From positions 104,718-168,717 of the forward strand of contig CAVXDX010000003.1 in NCBI GenBank assembly GCA_963760615.1: a stretch of 64,000 nucleotides of DNA, written 5' to 3'. Both the position numbers and the translations under genes were made by a program. This document shows positions 48,748-58,543 of the stretch, one piece after another. The stretch comes from an uncultured Candidatus Micrarchaeota archaeon (GTDB lineage: Archaea; Micrarchaeota; Micrarchaeia; Burarchaeales; Fermentimicrarchaeaceae). Every line of letters starts with the position of its first letter. Within the stretch, counting starts at the first letter, position 1. The notes beneath the pieces were generated by a model that made no database searches, was not told the DNA's origin, and was given only the letters and a program-made list of their open reading frames with translations.

Positions 48748-51700
48748 ATGATGAAAAAATTGGTTTTTTTAACGGTCTTCCTACTTCTCATGACTCCTTC
48801 ATCTTATGCTTCTTTAACCTACCCAACCTCACCAAAAGGCACACCAAGAATTTCAAAGCAGTATATGATGCCTGCCCCAACAATCTACACGGTAAATGGC
48901 CTTTACCAAATAAACATGACAGGCCTGAGCGACTTTGACCGTCCCGGTAAACCCATTCTTCCTTTTAAGACCGTCAGCCTGCTTCTGCCTCTTGACCAAT
49001 CATTTAACAGCGTCGAGGTGATTCCTAGCCAAAGAACAGAGATAGGAAACTATAAAATCAACTATGGCAGAGTAGAACTGCCTTTGAACTGGGGTTCCGA
49101 TGCTTATGTAACGAAAAAATTCTCGAATGTAACAACAGTAATAAATCAAACTGTCTATTCTCAAAACAGTGAGTATCCCGGAGTGCTTTACTCTGTAGGA
49201 TCAATCTCAATCTTCAGAGGCTATAAGATAATTATTGTAAATCTTTATCCTGTTCAGTATATACCCAGCACAGGAGAAGTCTACTATTTCAAATCAATTA
49301 CTGTCAATGTTTATACAGATAATGTTACGTCAATCCCATCTACCTTCAGAGGCCTTGACACAGACAAGGCAGATGTTTCATCTATGGTAAGTAATCCTGA
49401 GGATATTGTTACATACAATTCTTCATATAAGTATGTTCCATCTAAAAACGAGTTTGGAACCGCCTCTCTAACTCCGGCCCAATGGGACTACGTTATCATA
49501 ACCTCAAGCAGTCTTGCAAGTGCTTTCCAACCACTACTTGATTACAAGAACTCTCAGGGTATCAAGACAACCATAGAGACTGTTGAAAACATTTACTCCA
49601 AATATTCTGGCAAGGATCAGCAAGAGCAGATTAGGAATTTCATCAAGGATGCTTACACAAACTGGGGCATCAAGTATGTTCTTTTAGGCGGTGACGGTTC
49701 TGGAGTAAATGTCGGAGGAGAGAGCGGGGTCAACATAATTCCAACAAGATATTTGTATCCTAGATTTAGTCAGGCAGACGATGCAATCCCATCTGACATT
49801 TACTATAGCGATCTAGAAGGCTCATTCGATAGCAATGGCAACGGCTATTACGGCGAGCCAGGAGATGGATGCGATATCAATCCATCCACTTGCGAGGTTG
49901 ATTTGTATGCTGACGTCTATGTCGGCAGAGCAACAGTTGCTAATGTTCAGGATGTTAATAATTTTGTTTCAAAGACTATTGCTTATGATTCTGAAAGCAT
50001 AAGCGACCCTCACAAGGGCGAGGCATTGATGGTTGGTGAGTATCTTGGCTTTGGAGGCGTTGCAAACTATGCAACTAATAGCAAGGAAGAGGTGAGGCTA
50101 GGCTCGAACCAGAACGGCTATACAACAGCAGGTTTCTATCCGGGCTACTCTGTAGATCTGATGTATGACTCCCCTGCTCACACCTGGTCAAAGGATGACT
50201 TGATTTCAAAGATCAATAACAATTCCGCCAACATCATCAATCATCTCGGTCATGGCAGCACTTTATGGGTTATGAAGCTCTGCAACGCTCCTTACTCACA
50301 ATCAGGTCCTTACTGCGGAGACAGCGGTGTCACGGATCTCAGCAGTCTTAGCAACACGAAATATTTCTTTGCCTACAGCCAAGCATGCTATTCAGGAGCA
50401 TTTGACAACTGGAATTATCAAGGTATGTACACAATGTCCGATTCAATAGCAGAGCATCTTGTCAAGGATGCTCACGGCGCTTTCGCTGTGGTAATGAATA
50501 GCAGATATGGGTGGGGTCAATTATTTTCTACTGACGGTGCGTCAGAGAGATATGACAGGCAGTTCTTCGATGCAATCTTTGGGCAGAACATCACAGAGTT
50601 GGGTAAGGCAAATACATACTCGAAGGAAAAGAACATCGGCTATCTATCTTCATCCGATCCAGCTGAAGCAGGCGTGATGAGATACGTCTACTACGAGACA
50701 AACCTTTTAGGAGATCCGACTACCCAGCTGCAGACAGACTATACAAAGCCTCAAGCTCTTATCACATCTCCGCAAATGGATGACATTTCTTACGGCTCAA
50801 TAAATGTCAGTGGGTATGCAAAAGCGGGTAAAGCAGCAGGTTCGACATTTAGGAACTATAAAATCTTTTACGGCACTGGAATGTTTCCTACTGTTTGGAA
50901 TTCTACTGGCGTGACTTTGGTTAACTATGGGTTGAGACCTGTGGACAATAATAGTCTGGGAACGATTGATACAACTCTTTTTTATGATGCGGACACTGAT
51001 TTTACAGGATGGGATTATTACGCCTATTATTGGGGAAGTGGTGCCGGTGCTTATTCAATCAAGCTGGTAGTTTACGATAACCTCGGAGCATCAACTGAAA
51101 GTATAACTCGTGGTGTTGGAGTTCATAATATAGTGCTGAACCAGCCAATGCCAAGAGATGTCTTAGGACCGATAACTGAAATAAAAGGGACTGTTTCAAG
51201 CGGGTATGCCAATCCTCTTACATCTTATAGTATTGTATATCAGCCACAAAATACTACGGGATGGTCTGCGAGTGGAATAACACTAACTAACAGTGGAACA
51301 CAGCCTGTTTATAACGGTGTCTTGGGAGTTTTGAACGCCGGTGGATTAAATACTGGATGGTATACCTTTAGATTAATAGCTGTTTATACGTATAATACTA
51401 AAATGCAGACCATAGAAAATGTTTATATTGATACAACCTTAAGACCTGGTTGGCCGCAAAGAGTTTATTTTCAAGGTATAGATAATCCTTACTTTTGGAC
51501 TTCCCATATTGTTTCAAGTGGAATTAATATCAGCAATCTTAAAAACTTGAGTATTAATTTAAGCTCATATGGTAAAATTGCCCCAGGAGGTAATATAGTA
51601 AGTAGTGTAAATTACCCTCTTTATAATATATCTAGTTTATCATCTGGATTTGTCAGTCCTTATCAGCCAGGAAACTTTGAGCCAGTTGTTAGCGATATCA

Positions 51701-54270
51701 ACGGTGACGGCAAGGATGAAATAATAGTTTTTCAACCAGGAGAGAATACTGCTAGTTTTGGACAAGAAGTCCCAGGAATAATATCTGTTTTCAGTCAAGA
51801 TGGAACACTTTTATATAATTGGTCTATACCAAGTCCTACTATTCCGCCTGGTGGTCTTGGTACCCCTTTAGGTGGAATGGGTTCAGTGTGGCTTCCACCA
51901 TTTGCAGTTGCGCCTCCTTCTGTTGCAAATATAGACGGTGATAATGATGAAGAAATTGTAATCCCAGTTGCTCCTGCCCCTACAGAAGTTGCTACTTTAA
52001 ATGTTTATGAATATAACGGCACATTATTAAAAACTCTAGATTCTTCAAGAGATAATTATGATTTTAGGAATGAGCCTCTAATAGCAAATTTGTTCAATAA
52101 TGGAACTATGTATGTTGTAAAAAAAGTTGATTATTGCGAAATAGAGCAGCCTCAACCGAACGTACATGAATGGGATGCTTGCTTGAAAGTTTATGACCCT
52201 CAAGGGAATATGCTAAACGGTTGGCCTGTTTCAACCAAGCCTTCCGCCGGAGCGCTAATAATGTTTGGAAAAGTTAATCCAAATCAAGTTGTTGGTCATT
52301 TTGAAAACAATAAGAACTCGGACATTGTCGACTTTTCTACTGTTCATTGGAATCCTCGGGGTAATCGTGATGGCCTTAAACTCACTGTTTATACGCCAAA
52401 CGGAACCATTCTCCCAGGATTTCCTGTTGTATGGGATGACGGTCTTATCCACACAGCCTCAGACCCTGTTGTAGGAGACATTAACAGGGATGGAAAAGAT
52501 GAAATAATTTTTGTTCATAATGGCGGTACTCTAACTGCCGTAGATAGTAATGGCAATACACTGTGGACTCAGAATTTTCAAGTGCAAGGAGCAGGAGGTA
52601 ATACTTATCAGTATTCAAAATCTCCTGCTTTGATTGATATTAATCATGACGGTTATCTAGAGATTGTATTAGTAACAGGTAGTCACGAATACATCGTAGA
52701 TCATACAGGAAATATTATTAAAGATTTTATAATAGCATATGGTGTTAGTAATATGGCAACTGCCCAATTTGATGATAATGCTGCTCCTATAACCGAAAAG
52801 TCACCTGTAGTCGTTGATTTGAATAATGATGGCGTTTCTGACATTTTGACAACATCACAGAATTGGGAAGCTTATAATGGTGGAGACTTTGTCGGATTTG
52901 ACGACATTCAAGAGATTCATGCCTTCAATCCTTTGGACATTAATAACAGCTCATGTTTTGACAGTAATAATGTATACCTGTGCGAAAAGAAATACTTTCC
53001 AGGTTTTCCAAAAATTATGGAATCTTCAATTTTCTTTTATGCATCTCCAGTGATTATTAATAAGGATGGAAAGGTTGAAATAGTAGCAACTTCAAGTATG
53101 GATGACCTTTTTAAAGGAAGAGCAAGCATCTATGTTTGGGATACTAACATAACTTATGGACCAGAAGCAGCATCGTGGCCTATGTTCCAGCACGATGAGA
53201 TGCATACTGGCAGGTTTGTATTCCCACTAACTCTAGTCCAATCCGTCAATCCCGCATCCGGAACTGCAGTTGCACCGGTCACACCAACATTCATCTGCGG
53301 TTATTATGACACAAATAATGCTCCAATACTTGGAGCCAGTGTTAATGTCACCATTGACTCAAATATTCACACTGCAACCTACAACTCAACTACTGGTGAT
53401 TACCGCTATTCAGGCCTGACGCTCACTACGGCAACCCATAAATGGTACTGCAGTGCGTCAGCATCAGGATACAACACCAAGATAGGTGCTAACCAGACGT
53501 ATCTTTTTGTAACCCCCATGCCGGTAGCAGCCCTCAAAGGAGGCCCAAACGGACAGCTATATGTCCCCAACATAACAGGCATCAATTACCTGAAAGTGGA
53601 TTTGTGGTGCAACATGAGCAACACAGACTGCCAGTTTATTGGCGGCAGGCAATACTGCGGTTGCACACGCATGCAGTGCGACCAGACAGGAGCCACTGCG
53701 GCAAACCGACCATACCCAACAATAACAAACTGGCCGGACGGCAGGATTAACCTGCAGGACACAATGTTTGAGAACCTCAATTTCGGTCAGAACGAAGGCA
53801 TGCCTGCCTGGAACTACACGGCAGACTGTATTCCAGACAGGAGGACTAACCTGCAGGATACTGCTGGTGCAAGCTACAGATTTGGAGCAATAGGCGGAAC
53901 CTATTCCAACAACACTGCAAATATAAAAGTCCTTTTCAACAATGACCCAAGCTTCAAGATGCCCGATGTATACGGATACATACAGATTCCTTCAGGTGCT
54001 GTGAACTTCACTGTATATAACGGAACAAAGCCAGTGATGGCGCTGGTGACATTCTACAACAGCTCAATCTTATACCAACTCGCACCTGCAACCAAACCAA
54101 GCACTCAAGTCCAGACAACAGCTCTTATGGCACCAACCGTTGAGATGCCGGTAGGAAACACATGGACGATGGCAGTGGTTCTCATAGCAATAATAGGCTT
54201 GGTGATTGGCTACTTCATCCTAAAGGAAATTCTGTACATAAGCGTCCCAAGAAAAAAGAAGAGAAAGTAG
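48748..54270 (+). CDS. giant secreted surface protein: peptidase C25 (gingipain-like) domain + FG-GAP/beta-propeller-like repeats + C-terminal TM anchor
   Basis: Signal peptide MMKKLVFLTVFLLLMTPSSYA; C25-like segments YVIITSSSLASAFQPLLDYKNSQGIKTT, YVLLGGDGS, INHLGHGS (His) and YSQACYSGAF (Cys); repeated DINGDGKDEII/DINRDGKDEII/DLNNDGVSDI; C-terminal TM + KKKRK. Confidence 0.7.
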   Translation: MMKKLVFLTVFLLLMTPSSYASLTYPTSPKGTPRISKQYMMPAPTIYTVNGLYQINMTGLSDFDRPGKPILPFKTVSLLLPLDQSFNSVEVIPSQRTEIGNYKINYGRVELPLNWGSDAYVTKKFSNVTTVINQTVYSQNSEYPGVLYSVGSISIFRGYKIIIVNLYPVQYIPSTGEVYYFKSITVNVYTDNVTSIPSTFRGLDTDKADVSSMVSNPEDIVTYNSSYKYVPSKNEFGTASLTPAQWDYVIITSSSLASAFQPLLDYKNSQGIKTTIETVENIYSKYSGKDQQEQIRNFIKDAYTNWGIKYVLLGGDGSGVNVGGESGVNIIPTRYLYPRFSQADDAIPSDIYYSDLEGSFDSNGNGYYGEPGDGCDINPSTCEVDLYADVYVGRATVANVQDVNNFVSKTIAYDSESISDPHKGEALMVGEYLGFGGVANYATNSKEEVRLGSNQNGYTTAGFYPGYSVDLMYDSPAHTWSKDDLISKINNNSANIINHLGHGSTLWVMKLCNAPYSQSGPYCGDSGVTDLSSLSNTKYFFAYSQACYSGAFDNWNYQGMYTMSDSIAEHLVKDAHGAFAVVMNSRYGWGQLFSTDGASERYDRQFFDAIFGQNITELGKANTYSKEKNIGYLSSSDPAEAGVMRYVYYETNLLGDPTTQLQTDYTKPQALITSPQMDDISYGSINVSGYAKAGKAAGSTFRNYKIFYGTGMFPTVWNSTGVTLVNYGLRPVDNNSLGTIDTTLFYDADTDFTGWDYYAYYWGSGAGAYSIKLVVYDNLGASTESITRGVGVHNIVLNQPMPRDVLGPITEIKGTVSSGYANPLTSYSIVYQPQNTTGWSASGITLTNSGTQPVYNGVLGVLNAGGLNTGWYTFRLIAVYTYNTKMQTIENVYIDTTLRPGWPQRVYFQGIDNPYFWTSHIVSSGINISNLKNLSINLSSYGKIAPGGNIVSSVNYPLYNISSLSSGFVSPYQPGNFEPVVSDINGDGKDEIIVFQPGENTASFGQEVPGIISVFSQDGTLLYNWSIPSPTIPPGGLGTPLGGMGSVWLPPFAVAPPSVANIDGDNDEEIVIPVAPAPTEVATLNVYEYNGTLLKTLDSSRDNYDFRNEPLIANLFNNGTMYVVKKVDYCEIEQPQPNVHEWDACLKVYDPQGNMLNGWPVSTKPSAGALIMFGKVNPNQVVGHFENNKNSDIVDFSTVHWNPRGNRDGLKLTVYTPNGTILPGFPVVWDDGLIHTASDPVVGDINRDGKDEIIFVHNGGTLTAVDSNGNTLWTQNFQVQGAGGNTYQYSKSPALIDINHDGYLEIVLVTGSHEYIVDHTGNIIKDFIIAYGVSNMATAQFDDNAAPITEKSPVVVDLNNDGVSDILTTSQNWEAYNGGDFVGFDDIQEIHAFNPLDINNSSCFDSNNVYLCEKKYFPGFPKIMESSIFFYASPVIINKDGKVEIVATSSMDDLFKGRASIYVWDTNITYGPEAASWPMFQHDEMHTGRFVFPLTLVQSVNPASGTAVAPVTPTFICGYYDTNNAPILGASVNVTIDSNIHTATYNSTTGDYRYSGLTLTTATHKWYCSASASGYNTKIGANQTYLFVTPMPVAALKGGPNGQLYVPNITGINYLKVDLWCNMSNTDCQFIGGRQYCGCTRMQCDQTGATAANRPYPTITNWPDGRINLQDTMFENLNFGQNEGMPAWNYTADCIPDRRTNLQDTAGASYRFGAIGGTYSNNTANIKVLFNNDPSFKMPDVYGYIQIPSGAVNFTVYNGTKPVMALVTFYNSSILYQLAPATKPSTQVQTTALMAPTVEMPVGNTWTMAVVLIAIIGLVIGYFILKEILYISVPRKKKRK

Positions 54271-54294
54271 TGCTTAACAAGGTGAGTGGGAAAT

Positions 54295-54325
54295 CCCACA
54301 TGCTTTAGCGGTGGGAGCATGTCAC
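54295..54325 (+). mobile_element. solo IS200/IS605 right-end (omegaRNA 3' scaffold-like) relic
   Basis: CCCACATGCTTTAGCGGTGGGAGCATGTCAC: 21-nt hairpin identical to the tnpB element right end, plus the AGCATGTCAC terminus. Confidence 0.5.
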
Positions 54326-54371
54326 GCAGCGTTCATAACAGAAGATATTGGGCATTTCAAGCTTTCTGACC

Positions 54372-54746
54372 TCACTCAAAGTATGCAAGCGGGGTGCACC
54401 TCTTCTCAAACAAAGCGAATGCAATCACCTTCGCATCCTCCTTGTCCTTGCTTATCTTCGCAGCATCCTCCAAGCACTCCTTCAGCAGCTTGATTTGGTA
54501 CTGCCTGTACCTGTCATACTTGTCCTTTGCAACCTCTGCCTCGCTTATCACAGCTATGGAGCCTATCTCCCTCGTCGCATCGTCATATTCAACAGTCACC
54601 TGACTGCCCCTCCGCAGCTTCCTCACTTCGGCAGGGAAATCCTTGGGATATGTAAAAAAAATTCTCTCCTCATCAACATCAACTGCAACCCAGTTCCTGT
54701 TGTTCTTCCTCCCAGCACCGAAAAACTTGCCTGTGACATCACCCAT
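54372..54746 (-). CDS. hypothetical protein
   Basis: 124-aa ORF divergent from the triple-AbrB gene. Confidence 0.4.
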   Translation of the reverse strand: MGDVTGKFFGAGRKNNRNWVAVDVDEERIFFTYPKDFPAEVRKLRRGSQVTVEYDDATREIGSIAVISEAEVAKDKYDRYRQYQIKLLKECLEDAAKISKDKEDAKVIAFALFEKRCTPLAYFE

Positions 54747-54891
54747 ATGCTCGCCTCCGTATGTATTTTCGCAGATGATATAATAAACATTAACTTTGCA
54801 GAATCAATAAATTGTTGGTTAATGAAATTAAGTACACTGAGCCTTGCAAAATAACAAAAAGTATTAAACCTACAATTACGTAAAAACTAAT

Positions 54892-55977
54892 ATGCATGTT
54901 GAGAGGAAACTGCCGGAAAGAACGCACTTCGGAGATAAACCCGTATCCTGCACTCAGTATCTCACGAAAGACAAGCAGATTACAACGTTCTGGGAGTACG
55001 CTGATCGACTCGGAGTTAAGAGCACTATCCTTATCCATCTTGTAATTACTCCCAACAAGGAACTAATAGAAGCAAGAATAACCGACAGAACATTGGGCTT
55101 TACTAATAACACTATCATATACGACAAATCGGCTGAACCAGTACAACGTTCTTATCCTCCTGGGCGTCAGAGAATAGCAGAAGATTACCAGGCAAAGTTA
55201 AAACTTTTCCTCGAGAGCGTGGATATAACTATCACACCCGCGCTTCCCTCTGCTGAAAAAACCTTCAAAAATCTTGCAGCAAGTGGAGAAGGGGTAGCCG
55301 CTAAGAAGGAGCCAGAATTTTCAAAGGTTATGAAAATTCAAAGAAGAGGTAGTGCGATGCATGTAGTCATCCCGACTGAAATAGTAAGACAATGGGGACT
55401 GCAGGATGGTCAAATAGCATACTGGAAGATTCTAGGTGACCGTTTCACCCTAAAAACAGTAAAAGGTGTGCACGAGAATGTCGTACAAGTGTATGGACCG
55501 GGGTACGGGAGATTAGGTCTCAGCATCCCAAGAAAAATTCAAAAGGATTCTGGTTTCGAGGCAGACATGACTTTCAAGCTGGAAGAGGTCTCAATTGGAG
55601 ATGACAAATTCATCAAGCTGATACCAACGAAGGGAGAGTGGGATGCTAGAATTTACGGTAAGCCAGGAGACTTAAGGATGGGGTTCTCCAAATCAGTTTC
55701 GGGGACTCTTATACAACCGTATATGCTGCTCGATTGGAAGATTAAAGAAAAGGAGAGCTTTCTGGAAATACTTGGCACCCATCCCTATAATATAACCATC
55801 TGGGAGGTGGAGAAAGAAGGTTCTCTGTGTGCAGCTATCCCAAAGAGACTGATAAAAGATATGGAACGCATGAAGCGCATGAACTTTGAGAACTGCGAGA
55901 ATGTAGTGTGGACGATGGAGGAAGGCGAAGCATTTCTAAGACCCATCTTGCCAGAGGACATAACTCGTAAAAGTTAA
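54892..55977 (+). CDS. protein with three tandem AbrB/MazE/SpoVT-like swapped-hairpin domains
   Basis: Repeats VMKIQRRGSAMHVVIPTEIVRQWGLQDGQIAYWKI, GRLGLSIPRKIQKDSGFEADMTFKLEEV, SLCAAIPKRLIKDMERMKRMNFENCENVVW. Confidence 0.5.
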   Translation: MHVERKLPERTHFGDKPVSCTQYLTKDKQITTFWEYADRLGVKSTILIHLVITPNKELIEARITDRTLGFTNNTIIYDKSAEPVQRSYPPGRQRIAEDYQAKLKLFLESVDITITPALPSAEKTFKNLAASGEGVAAKKEPEFSKVMKIQRRGSAMHVVIPTEIVRQWGLQDGQIAYWKILGDRFTLKTVKGVHENVVQVYGPGYGRLGLSIPRKIQKDSGFEADMTFKLEEVSIGDDKFIKLIPTKGEWDARIYGKPGDLRMGFSKSVSGTLIQPYMLLDWKIKEKESFLEILGTHPYNITIWEVEKEGSLCAAIPKRLIKDMERMKRMNFENCENVVWTMEEGEAFLRPILPEDITRKS

Positions 55978-56007
55978 TGATGGGTTAGGACAGCTCATTG
56001 AATGAAA

Positions 56008-56439
56008 CTATATCCTCTTCCTGAAAACCAGCCACCCCATCTTCGTCTTAATCATGGCATACATTCCATTCAGCTTCTTCCCCCCAAGCTCGAACTCAAT
56101 CTTGTTGTCTTCCCACAGTTTCACTTTCGCTTTTCCCTTATCATAAATTTTTACGGTTCCAGCACCGTACATACCCTTTGGAATTACCCCTTCAAAATTT
56201 GCGTATTCAAGAGGGTGGTCCTCAGTTGGCACCGCAAGCCTTTTTTCATCGCCTTCTGGAAACCCCTTCGGCACAGCCCAGCTTTTCAGCACACCCTCCT
56301 TCTCAAGCCTGAAATCGTGGTGCCAGTGGGAAGCCTGGTGCTCCTGGATAACGAAAATCCCACCTGCGCTTTTTAGCTCTCCCCTTGGCTCAGGGCTTTT
56401 TGAGAGATCCCTCTTCTTCTTGTATTCCTCAAGCATCAA
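56008..56439 (-). CDS. stand-alone LigD-type 3'-phosphoesterase (PE) domain protein
   Basis: IFVIQEHQASHWHHDFRLE ... GVLKSWAVPKG motifs of the LigD PE domain. Confidence 0.75.
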   Translation of the reverse strand: MMLEEYKKKRDLSKSPEPRGELKSAGGIFVIQEHQASHWHHDFRLEKEGVLKSWAVPKGFPEGDEKRLAVPTEDHPLEYANFEGVIPKGMYGAGTVKIYDKGKAKVKLWEDNKIEFELGGKKLNGMYAMIKTKMGWLVFRKRI

Positions 56440-56822
56440 AGAAGCCTCTTCTCACCAGTTATTTTCTGTATATCTGTGATATCCTGAGTGACCTCTATGC
56501 ACCCCTTATACTCCCCTTTTCTGCTCCTCACTGCGAAATATCTTATGTAGATTTTCTTGCCGTTCAAATCAATCCAGAACTCTGCAGAATCCCTCTTCCC
56601 ACTCCTGAATTCAAAGAGTATTCTGTTCACTGCAGCCAAGCTTTTTTCTGGGTGGCACTTCTGCACGCTCCTCCCTATAACCGAAGCAGGCCTCTGGAAA
56701 ATCTCCCTGCGGCCTTCCTTGTTGAAATACCTTACGGTTTCATCTGCATCTATAAAAGAGAATTCAAAAGGCAGCGCATCCAGTATGTCATCCAGATACT
56801 CCTTCGGCACGTCCTCAATCAT
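56436..56822 (-). CDS. PAS-domain protein
   Basis: 128 aa, PAS-like fold (LDALPFEFSFIDADETVRYFN...). Confidence 0.5.
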   Translation of the reverse strand: MIEDVPKEYLDDILDALPFEFSFIDADETVRYFNKEGRREIFQRPASVIGRSVQKCHPEKSLAAVNRILFEFRSGKRDSAEFWIDLNGKKIYIRYFAVRSRKGEYKGCIEVTQDITDIQKITGEKRLL

Positions 56823-57430
56823 TTTTCCACCTCAAGCTCAACTTCAACAACTTTGCCAGCGGGCTTCTCCTCCTTAAAAACCTGGCTCTGGAACTTGTAG
56901 ATTTTAACCTTGGGGCTCAGCCACACGTCAACGGGCACGCCAGCCTTGTAGCATGTCTGCGAGAGAAACTCCTCTTCATCCCATCCCTGCTCAACAGGCA
57001 CTATGGGGAGAAGCAGCCCAGAGTAATACCCATACTCCACAATCAACCCGTCCTTCCCCACCCTTACCCTCTTGGGGTATTCTTTCGGGTCACTGACTTT
57101 TATAACTTCTGGAACCGTAAGCACACTTATCTCAATGGTGCATTTGTCCAGCTCTCTTCTGCTCATCTCCGGAAACCTGGGGTCACATGTTGCAGAGCTT
57201 ATCGCGCAGTCCACAACAGACTGTGCAAGCTCCTTGACTGGATAGGGATACCCTATGCAGCCCCTCAGCCCCTTCTCTGGGCATGTCTCAATGGTTACGA
57301 AAACTCCCCTCTTTTCAAGAAGCGATGCAGGAGGGTTGTCAGGTTCTATGGTAATTCTTTTTTCTAGGTATACCTCAATGGCCTTCCTAGCAAGCCTTAT
57401 CAGATATTCTCCCTCATCCAAAGAGAGCAT
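56819..57430 (-). CDS. AMMECR1-domain protein
   Basis: GLRGCIGYPYP and CDPRFP motifs of AMMECR1. Confidence 0.8.
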   Translation of the reverse strand: MLSLDEGEYLIRLARKAIEVYLEKRITIEPDNPPASLLEKRGVFVTIETCPEKGLRGCIGYPYPVKELAQSVVDCAISSATCDPRFPEMSRRELDKCTIEISVLTVPEVIKVSDPKEYPKRVRVGKDGLIVEYGYYSGLLLPIVPVEQGWDEEEFLSQTCYKAGVPVDVWLSPKVKIYKFQSQVFKEEKPAGKVVEVELEVEK

Positions 57431-57438
57431 ACAATCAC

Positions 57439-58302
57439 CTAACCCCAGGGGGATATACCCACCAGCCTCATCATTATCAGGTATTTCACAAGCGGGAAGA
57501 GCAGAAGGTAAAATGGGGCCACCAGGGGTATTGCTATTCTGAAGCCGGCGAGTATGGAGCCCTGCGAGAGCAGCAGGACCAACAAGCCTGGCACTATGCC
57601 AGTGAGGAATATGAGAAATATGGAATATTTCACTGATTCATTCGTGTATACTGATATGGAGCTCCTTCTTGAAGTCTCAATTTCTCTTATGAAGCTCTCA
57701 AGGACATTCACTATGTTGACACCACTCCCCATCGCATAGCTCAGTGTTGCGACAAACCTCTGGAAAGTAACCGAGGGGGTCCTCATGGAAATCTCCACGA
57801 ATGCATCGCTTATTTCCTCCCCTTCCTTGATTCTCACCAGGCTCTGCCTGAACAGCTCGGAGACGACACCATAATTCTCTCTTGCGATGGACTCTATTGC
57901 ATCATGCAGCGGTATGCCCGAACGCAGTTCTGAAAGCAGATGTCTCAGCGAGTCAAGCAGGTTCAGGTCGACATCCCTCTTCCTGCTGTTCACTATGAAA
58001 TCAAAATAGCTGACTGCCATAAATGTTGAAACAAAAAGCATTATAAGAGAGAGAAAGAGAGCGAGGTAAATGGTGAATTGAAAGTAGGCTGCGATAAAAG
58101 AAAAATAAATCGCTGAGAGCACGAATGAAGTTACTCCCACACCAACTACAAATGAGGAATAACCCCCGGGCGTTATATCTATGCCAGACTGCAGTATCCT
58201 TAGCTTGGTTGCCCTTGAAGTGGGTATCACCCTCTGCGGGTTTATACCGAGTTTTGAGAAAATCTTTGACCAGAACGCTGAGAAATCCACTACAAAATCC
58301 AT
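57439..58302 (-). CDS. TadC/FlaJ-like (T2SS F-domain) membrane platform protein
   Basis: 287 aa, T2SSF-like cytoplasmic domain (LRHLLSELRSGIPLHDAIESIA) flanked by TM helices. Confidence 0.65.
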   Translation of the reverse strand: MDFVVDFSAFWSKIFSKLGINPQRVIPTSRATKLRILQSGIDITPGGYSSFVVGVGVTSFVLSAIYFSFIAAYFQFTIYLALFLSLIMLFVSTFMAVSYFDFIVNSRKRDVDLNLLDSLRHLLSELRSGIPLHDAIESIARENYGVVSELFRQSLVRIKEGEEISDAFVEISMRTPSVTFQRFVATLSYAMGSGVNIVNVLESFIREIETSRRSSISVYTNESVKYSIFLIFLTGIVPGLLVLLLSQGSILAGFRIAIPLVAPFYLLLFPLVKYLIMMRLVGISPWG

Positions 58303-58306
58303 AGGC

Positions 58307-58543
58307 TCACTTCAGGATACTCTTTATCCTTGGCATGAATTCCTCCCTCTTGTTCCTTGGGGTGTTGTAGTATGCGTGAATCACCTTTCCGACATCAAAG
58401 AAATTCGTTATGCCGTTATTCGCAAGGTAGTTCAACACCTGCGCCCTCCTTTTGAATTCATCGCGGAGTTCCCCCTCTGTAAGATTGAAGCTCTGGGCGT
58501 ACTTATTCAGCGTTTTTGAGGGGTATCGGCCGAACACTCTCAA
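58307..58543 (-). CDS. small hypothetical protein in the secretion-ATPase operon
   Basis: 78-aa ORF filling the 200-nt gap between the ATPase and tadC; overlaps the ATPase 3' end by 41 nt. Confidence 0.3.
   Translation of the reverse strand: MRVFGRYPSKTLNKYAQSFNLTEGELRDEFKRRAQVLNYLANNGITNFFDVGKVIHAYYNTPRNKREEFMPRIKSILK

Noticed and set aside
52255-53780. Short ORFs inside the giant surface-protein gene
   Set aside because: They are embedded in or antisense to the continuous 1840-aa reading frame.
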